A stretch of DNA of 64,000 nt from Podarcis erhardii. Its lineage: Eukaryota. Positions 1 to 11,900 of the stretch are shown here, one piece after another (position 1 is the stretch's first letter; each line of letters begins with the position of its first letter). Under the pieces are notes generated by a model, which ran no database searches, was not told where the DNA came from, and worked only from the letters and a program-made list of their open reading frames with translations. Position numbers and translations under genes: made by a program. The stretch lies in the NCBI GenBank assembly GCA_964252035.1, contig OZ176200.1; one strand, written 5' to 3'.

Positions 1-41
1 CTACATGCAAAGCAAATGTTCTACCCCTGAACTAAGGCCCC
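1..41 (-). mobile_element. tRNA-derived SINE head (Squam1-like), cut by the window edge
   Basis: Reverse complement GGGGCCTTAGTTCAGGGGTAGAACATTTGCTTTGCATGTAG, similar to the SINE at 7055-7215. Confidence 0.45.
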
Positions 42-264
42 AGTGGTTAAATCCTTTGCCACTTGGATGGTCCCTGAAAAAATCACTCAATTGCAGGAAG
101 GTGCTTCATTGGAGGGGCAGTAAAAAACATTCCCCGTTTCTGATTAGACCAAAATAATTACTCAATCTTGAATTTGAAAAAAGAAGAGAGCAAGAGAGTG
201 TCCAATGAACATAAAGGAACTGAAAATCCTAGAGCTGCACTTTGGTGATTTCAAACAATAAGAG

Positions 265-1481
265 CATGGGTAATAATAATAATAATAATAATAATTTATT
301 ATTTGTACCCCGCCCATCTGGCTGGGTTTCCCCAGCCACTCTGGGCGGCTTCCAACAAAGATGAAAAATACACTAAAATGTCACAAATTAAAAACTTCCC
401 TGAACAGGGCTGCCTTCAGATGTCTTCTGAATGTCAGGTAGTTGTTTATCGCTTTGACATCTGATGGGAGGGCATTCCACAGGGCGGGCGCCACTACCGA
501 GAAGGCCCTCGGCCTGGTTCCCTGTAACTTGGCCTCTCGCAGTGAGGGAACCGCCAGAAGGCCCTCGGAGCTGGACCTCAGTGTCCGGGCAGAACGATGG
601 GGGAGGAGACGCTCCTTCAGATATACTGGACCGAGGCCATTTAGGGCTTTAAAGGTCAGCACCAACACTTTGAATTGTGCTCGGAAACGTACTGGGAGCC
701 AATGTAGGTCTTTCAAGACCGGTGTTATATGGTCTCGGCGGCCGCTCCCAGTCACCAGTCTAGCTGCCGCATTCTGGATTAGTTGTAGTTTCCGGGTCAC
801 CTTCAAAGGTAGCCCCACGTAGAGCGCATTGCAGTAGTCCAAGCAGGAGATAACCAGAGCATGTACCACTCTGGCGAGACAGTCTGCAGGCAGATAGGGT
901 CTCAGCCTACGTACCAGATGGAGCTGGTAAACAGCTGCCCTGGATACAGATTTGACCTGTGCCTCCATGGACAGCTGTGAGTCCAAAATGACTCCCAGGC
1001 TGCGCACCTGGTCCTTCAGGGGCACAGTTACCCCATTCAGGACCAGGGAATCCTCCACACCTGCCCGCCTCCTGTCCCCCAAAAACAGTACTTCTGTCTT
1101 GTCAGGATTCAACCTCAATCTGTTAGCCGCCATCCAACCTCCAACCGCTTCCAGGCACTCACACAGGACCTTCACCGCCTTCACTGGTTCTGATTTGAAA
1201 GAGAGGTAGAGCTGGGTATCATCTGCATATTGATGGTAGGCAAACTAAGGCCCAGGGGCTGGATCCGGCCCAATCACCTTCTAAATCTGGCCCGCAGACG
1301 GTCCAGGAATCAGCGTGTTTTTACATGAGTAGAATGTGTTTTTATTTAAAATGCATCTCTGGGTTATTTGTGGGGCATAGGAATGTGTTCATTTTTTTCT
1401 TCTTCAAAATATAGTCCGGCCCTCCCAAGGTTCTGAGGGATAGTGGACCGGCCCCCTGCTGAAAAAGTTTGCTGACCCCTG
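265..1481. mobile_element. hAT-type MITE (CATGGGTAGGCAAAC...GTTTGCTGACCCCTG) split by an L2 insertion
   Basis: 8-bp TSD AATAAGAG at 257-264 and 1482-1489. The left TIR is broken between 272 and 1235. Confidence 0.8.
273..1234 (-). mobile_element. L2-clade LINE 3' portion (RT C-terminus, open frame) with (TAA)n tail
   Basis: ORF 381-1184 RLRLNPDKTEVL...LDYCNAL...LQLIQNAAARL...LHWLPV. The frame extends upstream to HQYADDTQLY at the truncation point. Short GGTA duplication at both ends. Confidence 0.92.
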
Positions 1482-1991
1482 AATAAGAGCTCCCTCGTCT
1501 TCTCTTTTTAGATGTCACCAAACTATGAAGCTGGGAGCAACTGAAAGGGTGGTCGAAATGACTGATCAGGGACTTTTCGCTCGAGTACCCATGATATGTT
1601 ATGACTCAAAGCCAAACCCTCCACTACTGAAATCAAAAAGCTGTTAATGTTAGATATTTTGGTAGAGGGTCCCAACCAGATGTCTTGAGCTCTTCTCACA
1701 AACCACCAACACCGGTTGATCACCCAGACTTGTGTGAGCAGCTCTAAATGCAGGAGGCAGGTGTGGATGGGCAGAAGTAGGTTGGGTATCTCAGGAAATG
1801 GCAGAGCATTTGGGATGAACCTTAGGGGCTACAACCACCACCATCGGAGCTTGTGAGTGGAAGTAGAGGTAATAGTAAAAATTAACTGTAGTGTGTGTGG
1901 AAAAAGTGTGCAAAAGGCAACACAGCGCAGGACTTAACAAATCCAAAGCAGATGGGAATGTGCAAGCATCCCTATGGCTCGTCAACTTCTT

Positions 1992-2342
1992 AAAGGTAAA
2001 GGTATCCCTGACCATTAGGTCCAGTCGTGGCCAACTCTGGGGTTGGGGTGCTCATCTCGCTTTATTGGCCGAGGGAGCCGGTGTACAGCTTCCAGGTCAT
2101 GTGGCTAGCATGACTAAGCCACTTCTGGCGAACCAGAGCAGCGCATGGAAATGCCGTTTACCTTCCTGCCGGAGTGGTACCTATTGATCTACTTGCACTC
2201 TGATGTGCTTTCGAAGTGCTAGGTTGGCAGGAGCAGAGACCGAGCAACGGGAGCTCACCCCGTCGTGGGGATTCAAACCACCGACCTTCTGATCAGCAAG
2301 TCCCAGGCTCTGTGGTTTAACCCACAGTGCCACCCGCATCCC
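1992..2342 (-). mobile_element. Sauria SINE
   Basis: tRNA-like head and (ACCTTT)n tail. TSD about CTC(G/A)TCAACTTCTT. Three other copies in the window. Confidence 0.9.
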
Positions 2343-3490
2343 TCATCAACTTCTTACACCCCAACATTTACACCACTATCCTGACTCTGAAGCCAAGATT
2401 TAGGTCACTATTGGAGAATGAATGGCCCTCCAACTCCCATCAGTCCCAGAGAGCATGGCCAGTAGTGAGGAACGCTGGGAGTTGTGGAGGGCCACAGATC
2501 CTTTATTCATGATTTAGGTTGTTGTGGTCACTGGGAATCTCTGAGCTAGTACCAAACATGCTACATTTCAGTAAGTCAGCAGGGATCATTTTTCCATGAT
2601 GATATTTAGGTAGGGAGGCACACAAAAATATATTAATTCTCTTCCTTGTAGAATAATAGATGAAAATCAGTGCAGTATAGCAGACACATATTCAAGCTCT
2701 TCCCTTGGATAGCTGAAAATTAATCTAAATTAAGGGACGTTGTTCTCAGAAATGACACATTCTGCTTCCTCCAGTAATGACCATGTTGTGGAATGAGCTA
2801 CAATAGCTCGGATATGCTCATGGGAAGAATTCAATTGAGTGACCCTATAATGATCCAAGACAGCACAAACACAATTAAGAGAACCATAGCATTCATTAAT
2901 GAATGAGAGCATTAGGAAAAGAGGAAGCTGGAGCTCTGTTAATGAATGCTCATGCCATTTAGGAGCTGAAGCTTCAGAGAGTTACTTAACTTGTGTGTTT
3001 TGATGCTAGCAAGTGAGGTTCTTTGTTGGAATCAGGCATTTATATTGGACACTCTTTTAAAAGTCCCCAAATTCTAATTTCATTGGAGCTAGTATTGCAT
3101 CATGTAGGGTATGCAGAGCTGTAAACATAATCCTAATAAAAATGCAGCTTGCTTTTATGTTCTTAAGCCATTTAAAATTGCCAAAAATGATAAAAGCCCC
3201 CCAAATGCATATTTTTATTATAATTGTGCTCACAGACCCCCATGCCATGTATGATGCAATGTGCTAGCTCTAGTATATTGAGCTAGTAGAATGGGTTATT
3301 GCCATCATGCCTTCCTTGTGAGCTTCCTGGAGTCATTTGATTGGCCGTTGTTGGAAAAAAACTCCTGGAGAAGATGGACCTTTGGGTTCATCAAGCAGGA
3401 CTCATTCTTGATGAAGCAGGCCAACAACATGGTGAACCTTGTGTTGTGGGCCATCATATAAATCTCAGTGAAAGGAAGGATTCCATTCTT

Positions 3491-3878
3491 CGTTGTTGTT
3501 TAGTCGTTTAGTCGTGTCTGAGTCTTCTTGACCCCATGGACCAGAGCATGCCAGGCACTCCTGTCTTTCACTGCCTCCCACAGTTTCGTCAAACTCATGT
3601 TAGTAGCTTCGAGAACACTGTCCAGCCATCTCGTCCTCTGTTGTCCCCTTCTCCTTGTGCCCTCCATCTTTCCCAACACCAGGGTCTTTTCCAGGGAGTC
3701 TTCGCTTCTCATGAGGTGGCCAAAGTATTGGAGCCTCAGCTTCAGGATCTGTCCTTCCAGGGAGCACTCAGGGCTGATTTCCTTAAGAATGGATATGTTT
3801 GATCTTCTTGCAGTCCATGGGACTCTCAAGAGTCTCCCCCAGCACCATAATTCAAAAGCATCAATTCTTCGGCGATCC
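3491..3878 (-). mobile_element. Bov-B (RTE) LINE, 5'-truncated
   Basis: RRRIDAFELWCWGRLLRVPWTARRSN...EGQILKLRLQYFGHLMR... and tail ACGACTAAACAACAAC. 11-bp TSD ATTCCATTCTT at 3480-3490 and 3879-3889. Confidence 0.93.
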
Positions 3879-5741
3879 ATTCCATTCTTAGACATCCTAA
3901 ATAAAACAACTGGTTGTGACAGGCATGAAATGCATTCCACCCTATAATTGGTGCTCTTAGAGGTTAGCATTTCACTGGATTCAACCTCTGGGGGGTTTTT
4001 CTGGGGGAGGATTGTAAATATAAAGCAGTTTAACATAAACCTTTTGAACAATAAATACATAAATAGACTTGCAAAGTTTCTGTATAGTTCACCAAGAACA
4101 AGCAAGTCAGAACAGTTGTTTTAGTTACAGAACAAAAATTAATAACCACTGGTGATGTCAATTATTTGGAAACAGAGAACATCAATATGAACAACACCCA
4201 GGTATCTTATCTAATCTTCCACCTCTCTTTATTTTACTGGCATACTGGGTTCTTTGATCCTGCAAAGAACCCTTAACGACAACACTTGGTGAGTCCCCCC
4301 CCCCCCAATCTCTACAGGTGGCAAGGCACTGATTAGTTCAGAGGCAATTCTTCATTCCTTCCTTAAATTACAAATCACATCTCACACTGTTGATGCATTC
4401 GTTTCCATAAATAAATGGACCTTACTGACTCACAGATGAATGCCTTCATCTGCTCCTCATGCCAGCCTGCTGACAGAACAGATTTATTTGGTACTCCGAC
4501 ACATCATAATTATCCTTTCTAAAAGCGACAACGTTCCTATGGCAACATTTGCATTTTAGTATTTAAGATCTCACGAACATTCCAAAGTGAGAATATGTGT
4601 AAGGAAGAGTACGGGGGGGGGGGGGGGGAGGAAAATTCTGAGCTGTCACTTATGAAGGAGGTGGCATAAAAAGCCAGGTGCACTTGTCTATAATGTGAGA
4701 TGTCCCGGCATATCTGGAGGAACACAACAAATTTCTGGTATGCACTTGCAGGAGAGTGTTTATCAGTTTGTTTTTAATATGTTGGAAGTGATCTGATAAA
4801 ATGTCATAAGAGCCTAACACTGAGACAAGGCATAGATTCCAATGGGAACCAGATAAGGCTGCACAGGAAGTACCTTCAAGGAATGTACACCTAGAATTAA
4901 GAACCTAAAGAAATACCCCACACTGACATTTTGGCCTCAAGTACCAATTTCAAAACTGCCCGGAATTTTTTTGTTTCTTAGAATGCAATGCTGGGTACAA
5001 GGCTTCTATTAGCCAGATTAAGATGCTTTGAAGCAGAGTGTTGGTGATTTTTATTAATTTCTTACCTGCCCTTCAGCAGGCTACAACAATTTTAAAAGAC
5101 AATTTTAAAATCAATTAAAACAAATAATCTGGTGCAGTGCTTGGACTAAGTCCATTGCCCCCCAAACCTGCTGCATTAGACTTGTTAGCACCTTGTGTGG
5201 CGCTGGTCCCCTCCATCCTCTTTCTGCTCAAAGGTAGCACACTGAATTCAAAATATGTGGAGCCCAAAATGTTCTGCACAAATTACTGTTTCTGTTATCA
5301 GCACCCAATAATCACACTGATCACAGCTTGATATTGCATCAGTAAACCAACATGTCCCAGGAAGGAAGGAAGCAACTGCCCTTAAGTAGGGAACAATCTT
5401 GATCATTTTGCCCCCCCCCCCACTTTTCATGTGTTCCTTCTCAGCTCGCTGCATGCATCTGATAACAGCACGTTGTTAACTTAAGAAAGCTCACCACAGT
5501 GTAGACCACTTAGGACTCTAAAAGATACCAGGATATGTTTGCCTTCTGAGTATTTTTTAGTTAACTGAGAGGCTATAGTACATATCCGCCATACCATGGC
5601 CAGTGCACTGCTGACATGTGGCTCCTGGAAGGTTGACTGAGAGGGAATATGGTTCTCAGGTCAAAAAAATATTCCACATCTCTGAGAAAAACAATGCAGA
5701 TTAAAGTACACACCAGAAGAGCCAGACTAGCAGAGAATTTG

Positions 5742-5752
5742 TTTATTTTATT
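5742..5752 (-). terminator. COPB1 polyadenylation signal (two overlapping AATAAA)
   Basis: + strand TTTATTTTATT about 250 nt beyond the stop codon. Confidence 0.65.
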
Positions 5753-5998
5753 TGAAATAGTACATAGAGAAGACAACATTACTTCTAGACATTTGAGAGA
5801 GAGAGAAATGTAGATTTAGAGTTTTATCAACAATGATCTTGGAGTGATAAGTAAAACCTACAAATTATTTGCTGGAATGCATTCAGCACAAGAAGATCAG
5901 CTTCTACAACCAAAGAACATAGAAGAATACAAGATGTTCTGAATCCAACAAGCGAAATTCCAAGCATTTAACTGCAAATAATAAAAAGAATCTTACAT

Positions 5999-8900
5999 TT
6001 ATAGATTAGTTTTCTTCTGAGAGAGATTGATTTTGTCACCAAGACTGAGAGCCATTCCCTGCAAAAGAGATGAGAGATTAATGGGTACATGTCTAAATTA
6101 ATTATTAACATGCAATAGAAACAATTTTCTCTCTATTTATATATCCAGCCAGAAATAGCTGTCATTCACAGTTCAAAGCAGTGTTTCTAAGGTTAGGTCT
6201 GTTTTCTAATAGAATGCTGAAATAGCTATACTGCAGGCAACCCTTGATACAGAGGGAAACCTAAATCAGCACTGGCTACTTCAATCTTTCATCAAATTAA
6301 ACACTGCCAGGACAGCAGCAGTGAGTGTCATAATTAAAGGAGGAATGTATTACATAGAGAAGCTATACTGGAGGAGAGGGGAAAGGGGGTCTCAAAGGCA
6401 AGTTTAGTGGGAAAATACCCAGTAATAATTCAGGCATTATATGTCAGGCATTATAACATCATGAAGAGTGAGATGGGCAGACCTTTGTGATATTGATACA
6501 ATAGAAGAAGAAGAAGAAGAAGAAGAAGAAGAAGAAGAAGAAGAAGAAGAAGAGGAGGAGGAGGAGGAGGAGGAGTAGTTTGGATTTGATATCCCGCCTT
6601 TCACTCCCTTTTTTAAGGAGTCTCAAAGTGGCTAACATTCTCCTTTCCCTTCCTCCCCCACAACAAACACTCTGTGAGGTGAGTGGGCTGAGAGACTTCA
6701 AAGAAGTGTGACTGGCCCAAGGTCACCCAGCAGCTGCATGTGGAGGAGCGGAGATGCAAACCCGGTTCCCCAGATTACAAGTCTACCACTCTTAACCACT
6801 ACACCACACTGGCTCTATTCTATTCCATTCTGCTCCTGAAGTGAGAAGGGAAGATAGCTCTTAGCTCTGGAAAAGAGGTTTCCTATCCCATTCTGGCTCG
6901 TATTTTGCATACTACAAAAGATTATTGTGGTGGTTATTTTCATCAAGCAGTGTGGGCAGATAGCTTTCCATCACTGCTTTTAATACCACTGTATGCATTA
7001 AGGCAGAGATGGGGAAACTGTGCTCCCCAGAAAGACGTGGTCCTTGGAAAAGGAAGAGAGCTTGGTGGAAGAGCATCTGCTCTGCATGCAGAAAACCTCA
7101 GTACTGAAGCATCTCCAGGTGGGGCTCAGAGAGACTCCTGCCTCAATCCCTGGGGAGCCACTGCCAGTCAATGTAGACGATACTGAGCCTAAGTAGAAGG
7201 GAGATTTCTATGTTGGACTACTGCTCCCATCGGCTCTGACCATCCAGATGGTCCAGGACCATCTGGAGGTCCAGGACCATCTGGAGGGCTAGCGGTTCTC
7301 CATCCCTGCAACATGCATGTGAATCCTCCTGCAAACTGCTTTTATCTTTTTTTCCCTGGATTCCTTCCTCATTTCACAACTCCCCAGCAGAAATCTCTTT
7401 TTTTTTCCTTTTCTTTTTTTGAGGGGAGGTGGCAGTGGCATGGGGAACTGCAGTGAGGAAACTTTATTGCATAAGTGTTCTTCTGCTTGCCTAAGTTTTG
7501 GGTGCAATCTTGAGTGTTTCACCTCATTCTGAGATTTCTTAGCGATAAGATGCTCAAACTCATATCCCCCCACAGAACTAAATAGTATGTGCTGGAGGCA
7601 AAAAAGTGCCACTTCTGTCGCTGACACTGGTTCTTCCATACATAGTTGAGACATATAGGAACTTTTTTCTGTGGAAAATGCAGTTTCTATATAAAACAGC
7701 TTCTGGTGCAATGCAAGGAGCCATTGTTAGAAGTAGACTTTGTTGACATTCTAGTATGTCCATGAAGGGACTGGATACCTACTAGAATGTCAGCCAAGTC
7801 TGGTGCTCCTTGCATTGCACTTCTGAGAGTCGCCTCAGTTTCATGAGCACATTTTCCAGTAGACTGCGATGGTATTTACAGGTCCAAGAATTTCTCACAC
7901 ACCTAGAAAAGCATCATTTACAACAACTATTTCAGACACCTTCCTGCTAAATAGAGATTTATGTCTCAAATGTTTACTTAGAAATTCATCTGTAACTCTA
8001 TTCCAGGATACGGTTGCCCACTCTACCTAGATATCCTTACACAGAAAGACATTAACCCACTTACCAATTAGATAATATTAATTTGTAAATTTCAAACTTG
8101 CAGTTTGGGAGTTGACTATTTGAGGAGACATATAAAATATAATTACCTGACTTTTTGCACGAATTCTTATGTGTCCGGTGACTGGAGCATCAGGCCCAAG
8201 ATGAATGGGCTTTTCAATGCTGACATTTGCAAGGGCATCTTCTCCAAATATGGACCGTGCATACAGATTGGCTGCCATGAAGCCACAGTAACCAGAAAGT
8301 GCCTAGAAAGACAATATTTTATACACCTTTTACAAGGGCATTTTATTTATTTCTTTTTTGAAATTAACTCATCACTACACAGCATCTTAAACTACATATT
8401 TACTCACAGGCACCCCCACCCACCCACACCCCTGCGCCCCATAAGGGATTCAAGGCAGATGGTGATTATTATAATAATTCAATAATAATAAATGCATGTA
8501 CTCAATGTGGAGCTAAATTACACTTTAAAAAACCCTTCAGTTTCTAAACCCAAAAGACAAAGAGAATCATATAATCGCTTGGATCCTAAGTTGATCTTCC
8601 ATTTGTGCCAAATGTCCTTTCATTTGTAGCTCTTAGCAACATAACCCAAACGTCTCCCAAACCTTGGAAGAAAATTCTCCGGGGGGGGGGGGGGGATTAT
8701 AGGGCTGCTGATGGAAAGGGAGGTGGGAAAGCCCCACTCCATGAATGTAACCCGATTCATTCACAGAAGGGAAGTTAGGATCCAAGCCAATGTGTCTGGG
8801 TAACAGAACAGATTTAAATTCAATGAAAGTGGTTTTATTTGTGATTTGAGATCAGAGTTATAATTTATTAGCAAAAGGTATTACCTTTTCTGGAGTAAGG

Positions 8901-11900
8901 CACTTCATATTAGTTGACTTTAATATATGTTGCAAATATTCATTCAGATCTATTATATTCGTATTCACAGTGACCTTGAAAAATAAATAAATACAAGGAC
9001 AATCATCGTACCAAGAACCTACAGAAGTTAAATTCACTCAAGGCTGATAAGATCTATGTGGAAGGCTGTTAATCTAACATGGAAACAAGGGCTGTTCTAC
9101 CTCGTAACGAGTTCAGAAGGATAAGATAATACACCCTATTCTATTTAATGTGACCAAACGAAACAAAACAGCACACATTTGCCGTATATCTGAAAGGGTC
9201 CTGCACAACTCAAAAGCCTGTATTTGAAACAAATTTCAGCCCAAGAAAAAGTGTTATGCCATGGGAGGTGCACCTGAGCCAGAGTGGTAGTTTTTCTGAA
9301 AGCAGTACAGTAGCTCAGATGCAAAGACCGGCATGCGGTGTTCTGCATGTATACTTGGGCTCTTATGCTCCTGCAAATAGCTGCATATGTTCCCTAGAAA
9401 GCTGCTTCCAAGGGACCAAAACAAACAAAGCATATCTCCCACACCTGTATGGTTTCTTAATAATATTCTATTTTAAAATGTGGATAAATAAAGGGTAGTG
9501 AGAGCTCACTTTGTTTTCCCATTCAAATTCTGCCCACATCTGACGGAACTCAGCATCAGTACAAGTAGCAGGCTGGATGTAATCCATGATGTCAATATGG
9601 ATGTCACTGAGGACAACACAGTTTCTGTCACTAGCTGCTCCAGAAACATCATACACTAAAAGAGAGAGAGAGAGAGATTAGGAGAATGGAGAGCATTACA
9701 TAACTTGCAACATACTTAAAGGTTGAATGAAACTCATACTCCTTCCAATTCAGAATGGAGACATCTCTTTCAAAATAGCGTTTTCCTAAAGCTAAGTTTG
9801 TAAAATAAATACAGTCACATTCTTATAAAATAGAATCAAAGAAACACACTTTTAAGACTCCTTAGTTACTGTATACTATCAGACTTGTACCCAGTATTGC
9901 TCAGTAATTCTAAGCAAACAATCAGTGCGGCTTTAAAAGGTAAGGTCCACCATCTTGATTCAAAATGGGGTTCAGCTGTATCCAAACATAAGACAAAAAT
10001 CTGTTCCTTGATCTCACAAAACATCATGCAAAATTTGGTCACAGTATCTTAGAAGGTGTCCAAATGAATAGAGAAGAGACAGAAAGACAAACAATATTCC
10101 AAAATCTATAGCAGATAATACAGAATACTTACCGATATTACCAAAAATTATTCCATTCTCGGTGGAAGCAACCTTCACATTAGCCTTAATATTGGCAAAA
10201 TCATGTGGAGCAAGTGTCAGAGGAGATGGTTTTTCCACAAGCTTCAGATCACCTGTTTAAAGAGAGGGTGCACAGAAGTTATCCAGGGGAAAAACTATTA
10301 CCAGTAAAGCATTTTACAAAATTGTTATATCTGTAATTGTTTACCTAATGTAGCTAATTCTAGTGTGCAATTCTGCAAAGTATCACTGGTCTGGTTTACC
10401 ACGAGCACATCCAATACAATATCATATTGGTTGACATGAACATACGCCTCTGCATAGACTGGATCCGAGAATCCTGTCAACTGAGTCACCTGCCAAACAT
10501 AAATAGAGAGTTAGGCTGCAATCCTATCCTCACTTAAATGGGAGGAAGCCCTGTTGAAATTCAATGTGACTCACTTCTGATCAGAGAGGTATAGGATTGT
10601 GCGGTTAACGTCTTAACAAAAAGCTGGCATACATTGTTGAAAATGAAGCATCACTACTGAAAACTGCATTATTCCCTTACATTATTCTCTTCCATTTAGG
10701 TCCATAAGGAGATTTAAGATCTTCCACATCCCAAACCATTTCCGATTATTAATACCAGAACACAGCTACCCTCTCTGGCATCCATATCTTTCTGTAAACT
10801 GTACACTTGGGAGATATGTTAAATAAGACACTCTAATGAACTAATGTCATTTCTGTGTTTTGCCCAGTAAAAACAACTTATCTTGTCTGTTCCATTCTCT
10901 TCAACCACAGCAAGGCCCCCGAGTTGCACAGATTTTTCTCAAGGCTTTCATCTGCTTGTTTAAAAAAGCAGCAAGAATCCCTACAGGACTAACTGCTGTA
11001 AGAATGCAACTTACAAGACTTTTCAATACGTTTTCTAATATCACAAGCCAATGGAAGGGTAACTGAAGCATTAACTGCCTAATTGGTTTGCTGCAGGGGA
11101 AAGTGACAAGAGTATGCCAGCACTGTGTCAATTGTAATTATGGGACTAATTCAGTGCTGCACTTTGTTATTTGTTCCACTAGGGCATGCATTTCAGCTGT
11201 GCCCTATTCTGAAGGTTCACCTGACAACCCCCCAAGGGTATACTGGGGGAAAGCACTGTTGGCTCAAGTGGAAGCCTTTGTGCGGGCTTCCGATTATGGG
11301 AGTCAAAAGCTGAATCCTGCCCATTTTTTAATAATTAAAAAAACAACAACATGGAAAGTGAAAGGATTTCTTTTGCTTCAGTCCTAAGGACCGCCTGGGA
11401 AAATGGATATTTGACATCACCTTGTTGAGCTTGGATGCCAGTGGATCTGCAGCTTCTTTCCTTTGTGTGTTCCCCATAGCTGCTAGAAGACTCAGCTGAA
11501 ACTGATCTTCCTTTGAGCTCATTTCATTTTTAGCAGTGAGTTGCATAAAGGAAATGGGATCATCTGGCTGAACTGTCACACTTCTCTTCTCAGACTCTTT
11601 CTGTGGTAAAGAGGAATAGGGATGAGTTGAGATATAACATACACACAAGGAACAACTCTCTGTTACCTGGGCTTTTTGTCAGAGGCCTACAAACCATTAC
11701 AGTTACACGGGCAATTTTGAGCTCTCACCTTCTGCGAGAGCTTCTCTTCTTCCAGCTTAGCAGACAACATGTGAGAAAGGGACTGCCTGCACTCCTTGTT
11801 GAAGATGTCATTCATTAGCGGGGAACATTCTGAGAGGACCTTCAGGCAGAGAGAAATCCGATCCACGTCATCATCCGTTATTGGTTTCTTGGGAAGAGAT

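Noticed and set aside
2270-2342. tRNA genes at SINE heads (also 1-41, 6760-6816, 7055-7110, 24600-24672, 42050-42117)
   Set aside because: tRNA-derived SINE 5' ends attached to SINE bodies, tails and TSDs; no complete cloverleaf seen.
3500-4105. 201-aa ORF as a gene
   Set aside because: The TSD shows Bov-B ends at 3878; the N-terminal half is flanking DNA that is in frame by chance.
2700-4750. Additional gene or exons downstream of COPB1 (e.g. RRAS2, expected further along by synteny)
   Set aside because: Short ORFs (2730-2912, 4537-4725) show no Ras or other recognisable motifs, and the splice-flanked segment near 4437-4520 contains stops.
6459-6701. ORF with poly-Leu/Phe, and ORF 20759-20950 with poly-Ile
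   Set aside because: Translations of (GAA)/(GAG) and (AAT) microsatellite tails.
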